64,000 nt of DNA from the human T2T-CHM13v2.0 reference genome, Homo sapiens: NCBI RefSeq assembly GCF_009914755.1, contig NC_060929.1; one strand, written 5' to 3'. Of the stretch, positions 58,373-64,000 are shown one piece after another. The notes beneath the pieces were generated by a model. That model was not told where the DNA came from, searched no databases, and saw only the letters and a program-made list of their open reading frames with translations. Every line of letters starts with the position of its first letter. The first letter of the stretch is position 1. Made by a program: the position numbers and the translations under genes.

Positions 58373-59697
58373 ATGAGTTGTACTTTTTAAAGAAGTTGGT
58401 TTAGATATAGAACTAATCTAATCCTTTTGTAATGCCTAGTGGGATGTTCATGATTAAGGACCAGGTTTTTGTTTTTATTGTTTTTTTTTTCTCCCCTCCT
58501 TCCCTTTTTAATAGTAACATTTGGAAAATATTTCTAAATGTTTTGGATTACTGTGGCCAACTCTTGCATGGGGCCTGAACATTTTCAGTATCATAAATAC
58601 TCTTTAGCTTTACTTTTTTCTCATAAGGGATATTTTCTTAAAAATATTTTGTTTCTCCAATGTTGCCTAATAATAAACCCATGTTATCTGTAAATATTTT
58701 TTAAGATAGAACTTTAAAGAACTTTACTTTCCAGTTTTGGAAGTTATTTCATGAACAAAATTCTTGGATGTTCAAACATTAAATCCAAATTGATATTTTA
58801 TTTGTAGTGGAAGAGATGGTTGGCTTAAGAACTTTTTCTGTACTCCTCTATGGGACACCAGCCAAGACTACAGAATATTTGAATTTCCTTAAACAATAGT
58901 CTCTGTGGGACAATTGCTATGTAATCGGCCCTATGAGATGCTCAACAGCATTACTCTGAAAGGCAAAAACAAAGAAACAACAATTAAAAAACCCAACATT
59001 TTATTCTTGTGGCTTTTTTTCTCCTAGCTTTAACATTTTAGAACTATATATTGAATGCATCTATATGTTATTTGCCTTTTTCATTAACAGAGGAAACATC
59101 TTATGGTATAAAAATCTGAAATCCTAATCTCCCTTTTCAGTTGTATTTTTCTGTATGCCTCAATATTTGCAGGTTTCCCAAAAGTTCTCTTCAGTTCAGT
59201 TAAAGCATTATGATTTTGTTATGCATAGGCTAAAATGTAAGTCAAGCCAAATTTTATGTTAATAATATAGATACTGGGAAAAAAGTAACTTGATTAAGTT
59301 TGAGTTCTCTTTCCTTTTACTACATATTAGAATTTGGTGCCAAGGAAACTATTTTCAAAATTCAAAGCATTGTATTTAGAATACCTCATCTTGATAATTT
59401 TTTTTTAAAAGACAGCTGTGTTAAACTTTGACAAGTTTTTTATGTAAGGGAAGAAAATAGAAAATTTCCAAATGAAAACCTATGCCATACTTAGTATTTA
59501 AATAAGTCTTAAGAAGTGAGAGGATGATAATTTCTCATGTTTTAAAATATTTCATAATTCAGAAATTGACACCTTACTTGTGTAATCTATATGGAAAGAA
59601 GCTTTGCCCAAAGAACTTTAGGCAATTTTCCTGGAAATTGAAACTGGTATTAGACACCATAAACTTCTATGATGTGAGTGTATTTGAAGAGGGGGAA

Positions 59698-60068
59698 TGT
59701 ATTTGTTGACTAGGGCTGCCATAACAAAGTACCACAGGCTAGGGGGCTTAGACAACAGAAATTTATTTCTTCAGTTCTGGAGGCTAGAATTAGGGATCAA
59801 GGTGTTGGCAGCGTTGGTTTCTTCCGAGGCCTCTCTCCTTGACTTGCGGATGAGATGGCCACCTTCTTCCTGCGTCTTCACCTGGTCTTCCCCCTGTGCC
59901 TGTCTGTGCCCCAATCTCTCTTTATATCAGTGATATTGGATTAGGGCCCACCATAATGACCTCAATTAACTTTATTCTTTAAAGCTGTATCTACAAATAC
60001 ATTCTGAGCTACTGGGGGTTAGGACCTTAACATGTGAATTTTGGGGGGACACAGTTCAGCTCTTAACA
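59698..60068 (-). mobile_element. MLT1A-type MaLR solo LTR
   Basis: tgt...agggctgccataacaaagtaccaca...ggggggacacagttcagctcttaaca; gggga-like flanks. Confidence 0.8.
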
Positions 60069-61498
60069 GGGGACAAAATGATGATTTTTCTCCCTACCAT
60101 AGTTTTAGGTGTCATGAAAGCCTTAATTTAATATTAAAAAGCCTGAATTTTATATATACCAAAGTTGAACTATAACAACATTGTTAGTTTTTTGACTTGG
60201 TAAGGGAAGTGAATTGAACTTTGTAAAGAAAATAATAATTACATAATAATAAAATTGTGATGAATATTTATATCTGTATATTGATAGATATTGAAGTCTG
60301 TTATCAAGCCTAGTTCAACACATAGAAATTAAGGCAGGAATATTGAATCCATTTCCTATTTAGTGAAACTAGAGCAGAAAATATTGAGTCTATAGGTTTA
60401 TTTCCTACTTATAGTTTTATTTCCATGCCTAGGCCTTAACTAAGGGGCTTTGGGAATTGTGAGTGCTCTGATTGGGAGGGACATTACGTGCCTTTATTTG
60501 GGATTGATTAAATGAAAACAAAGCTGAAGGGCTGAAGACATTAATTACAATATCAAATTATTATTCAGAGATATATATAGGAGTCTGAGGAAATCATCTG
60601 GCAACTCTTTCTTCTAGAATCGTGACTATCACATTAGGTTATGTTTTAAAGGAAACTATAATATTGCTTGCTCTTGGTAATCTATATCATGACAAAAATA
60701 TAAAGTACTGGGCTCAAGGGCTTAATTTTCATCTTTCTCATCGACAAGTGGAGATGATTGACTTTAGCCTTTTGCAGATTTTATACAAGGAAAAGGAAAG
60801 ATGACATTCGCTTGTAGAGCCTGGTGAGCCAGGAGTGCTTACTGCCAACTTCCTGATTGCATATTTCTCTGGGGGCAGGTTGGCTATGTGAGCCAACTGG
60901 GCCAGGGCCATCCCGCCTCAGCACACAGAGCCTAAGACACAGCAGGAGAGCAAAACCAGCAGGTGGGTGGATTCAGAGGCAGCCAGCCAGCCATGCGGGT
61001 GTCTGTTCATCTCTACCCTGGGTTCCAGTTTAATTTGGACAAGCTGCTGAAGTGTGGGAGTCCACATGGTGTGAATGCTCCAGAGAGCATCAGAGGTTAG
61101 GCCTGGCCCTGGCCATCCTGAGCTTTAAAAATGAAAAAAATAATACATGCACACATATACACACACACACATGGTCTATGGGCTACATGTTTGACCTCTC
61201 TAGTATGATGTGGCTTTACTCTCAAAGAGACTAAGGCTTGGGTTTGGAGGGGAAATTTGTATACCAAACATAACTGAAGGATGAGGCTTGCTGCCTTCAG
61301 TCACAGTGACTGATGGGGTAATGATCCGGCTTCAGCAAAGGAAAGGAAGCATCACTCTCTCCATGTATCAGAATCTGGGGACTGTCTTCTCCCCATCCAG
61401 CTATGCAGATTTTGTTTTTAAGGTTTGCTTAAAATGTGGAATGTTCGGCTGAGTACCATTGATTTATGTTTGCCTAAGAAGAATGTGACCATCTGTCT

Positions 61499-61693
61499 TA
61501 GGGGGTGGCACGCTTTTCCTTAAAGGGTCCTATAGTAAATATTTTAGTTTTTGCAAGCCATCGGATCTTTGTTACAACTAGTCAACTCTGTCATTGTAGC
61601 TTGCAAAGCAGCCATAGACAATATGTAAATAATAAGTTTAGCTGTGTTCCAGTGAACTTTCTAAAAACAGGTGGCTGTAGTTTGCCTACCCCA
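61499..61693. mobile_element. MER58A (hAT-Charlie)
   Basis: ggggtggca...aaagggtcctatagtaaatattttag...gtagtttgcctacccc. Confidence 0.75.
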
Positions 61694-63761
61694 GAGGCTG
61701 GTTTCCAAACTTTCTTTTCCTCCACTGAAGTGAGGAGTGACAATTACACTCCTCCTTGTTTGGAATGTTCACCTTTGGGTGAATTAATAGTGCAATATTA
61801 TATGGCATTTCATGCCATTCAAAAGCAGATTTGAATTCATGATCTCATTTGCTCTTTATAATGATTTTGTGAAATGATGGTTACTGTCTCTGTAAAGAGA
61901 CAACTTTTCTCTTTCGCTTTTTGTTCAGTCTCTGAAAACATAAATTCAGGAAGAGATAGCTGAATATACTAGATGGAGTTTAAGGCCAGAGGCTTAAAAC
62001 TTGGAGAAACCCTTCTCCCCAACTCCAGCTCCCCAAATTCTGTGATGGTATTGAGGAGGGCCACCCTCTGACTGTGCAGCTAATGAGAAGTAAGATACAT
62101 GGATAGGAATTTGTTGCTAGAATCATGCTTCCCATAGCTGGCTATGCATCAGAGTTTGCTGTGGTGAACAAAAAAAAATACAGGTTCCTCTATTCAGAGA
62201 CTGTGATTTGAATCAGGGCTTGGCTGGAGCCTGCAAACTTGTGTATCTAACATTCTTCTTAGTTGATTCTGAAGCAGCCAGCCTGACGCATGTCCCCGGA
62301 TTGCTGGCCTGGGATACTGGACTTGATATAAGAGAACTTTGCTTCAAACCCTGGACTCTGGCTCCTACTGCCGTGGGATCCCTAAGTCTTAGTTTCCCCA
62401 TCTGTACAAATGGGAAGGAAGTGTTAACATAATTATTTTAAAAAATGCCTGGCCTGTCCCGGGGATCCAGTGAGCATCAGCTTCCTTCCTACATTCTGGA
62501 AATAATGTATTCCGATTGTGATTCAGGGGTCGCCTGCCAACAAAGTGAAAGTGTTTCCTAAACGTTGTTAGAAAGCCAATAGTTTAAAATATAAAATAAT
62601 TAGCTGTAAATTGGGAAATTTTTCACTCAGATTGGAAATACATTAGAATAAAAAGGGTAACTATCTTTCCATATCAATCTCAGAGGAGGTGTTTGTCAGT
62701 GGATCACCAGAATTGTTTTGGGGATGAAGCTCTGATAGCACAGCGTTTTGCTTCTTCCTTTTGTTCCTCTGTCTACTGGAACAAGTTACATAAGTCAACC
62801 ACATTTTTAGAACCAGATATAAACACCCAAATGTCAGATACTCTGACAACATGACTGAACATCACCTCCATTTGGGATGGAAAGCTTCCTATCTACAGAC
62901 CATCCAACACTTGTTGGTTACATTATGTAAATATACCCCCAGGAAGACTTCTAATTGTACTTTGGTTTCTGGAGTGGGCTCTCCTACTAGAAAGAAAATG
63001 TCAAAAGCAGCCTACAGGAATATTCTAGTGTAAACTATTTGTCATTTTAAGTCTAAAGATTCTGTTCTAGTTTATCACCTTAATCTCTTTTTGAGTTTGG
63101 TTATCCTGAATCAATTTGTACTTGTTAGTTCTGGAGAAACTGATAAAAGTCATGGTTCAGCATCGCCAGAAAGCATCTCTTGTTAGCACTTATAATTTGA
63201 ATTATATGGGGTAATAATTTATGTAATGTCTGTCCCACTAGAGAGGAAGCTTCATGTGGGTAGAGCATTACATATTTCTCTCTTGTTAACTGCTCTATCA
63301 CCAGCAGCAAGTAGTGTTTGATATATGATGAAGATTTGATAAACATTTATGAAATGAATGGAGGAGTCCAGGTCCACACTCATTAGCAGAAATGAAAGCA
63401 ACCATGAGCTGAAGCCACACAGTTGACTCTTTTACTGAGGCACTGAAAGAAGTTGAGGTATCAGAGAAATGGGGTGTGTGATGGTGGTTATCACAGGCAG
63501 GATAGATGAGTGTCTCCGGCTAGCTAACTGGATCAAGTGTTTGTTTTAAACTTTTTGTAATATGGTGCATGTTAGATAGCATTCTTAAAATGTTGGGGTA
63601 ACTGTAAGATTGTTTGCCTTTAATATCTTACTGGATTCCTAGTAGTAGACTTAAAAAATTACAAACTTTTCTTCTGCCTCATTAGTATTGGAGTAAATTT
63701 ATCAATGTATAGTACTATATGTATCAGTTTGGCATAGGTACTTTTTGTTCAGTTCTAGAGA

Positions 63762-63880
63762 TCATCTTTTTTTTATTTTACTTTAAGTTCTTGGATACGT
63801 GTGCAGAACATGCAGGTTTGTTGCATAGGTATACATGTGCCATGGTAATTTGCTGTACCTATCAACCCGTCATCTAGGTT
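63762..63880 (-). mobile_element. L1PA/PB 3' end (older primate L1), interrupted by AluY
   Basis: ttattttactttaagttc...catgtgccatggt...cccgtcatctaggttt matches an L1 3' terminus. Confidence 0.8.
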
Positions 63881-64000
63881 TTTTTTTTTTTTTTTTTTTT
63901 TTGAGACGGAGTCTCACTCTTTCGCCCAAGCTGGACTGCAGTGACGCTATCCCGGCTCACTGCAAGCTCCGCCTCTTGGGTTCATGCCATTCTCCTGCCT
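63881..64000 (-). mobile_element. AluY (runs off window end)
   Basis: polyT, gagacggagtctc, diagnostic tgcaagctccgcctc. Confidence 0.88.

Overview
Primate (almost certainly human) genomic DNA covering the middle and 3' part of the multi-exon gene ARHGEF28 (RGNEF/p190RhoGEF) on the + strand. I traced 21 consecutive coding exons (992-54912, 3158 nt, about 1052 codons) whose splice phases join into one open frame: C1-type zinc finger, DH (RhoGEF) domain, PH domain and a Gln/Glu/Arg-rich coiled coil. The gene's start and final exon(s) lie outside the window. One intron has a GC donor. Introns are filled with ordinary repeats (Alu, L1, L2, MIR, MER, MLT1). The most notable insert is a near full-length, inactivated L1PA3/PA4-type LINE-1 (17732-23906, minus strand, 13-bp TSD) that splits the DH domain. 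It retains the 129-bp 5'UTR segment lost in younger L1s. Its antisense promoter and an unusually extended ORF0 point into the downstream ARHGEF28 exons, with a donor-like site in frame with the next exon. I found no evidence of a wholly new biological system. The best leads are testable hypotheses: L1-driven chimeric or gene-breaking transcripts, an intronic-polyadenylation isoform, a recursive-splice-type exon, a 25-bp hairpin and CTCF-like motifs. Repeat subfamily calls are from recalled consensus sequences and their boundaries are approximate.
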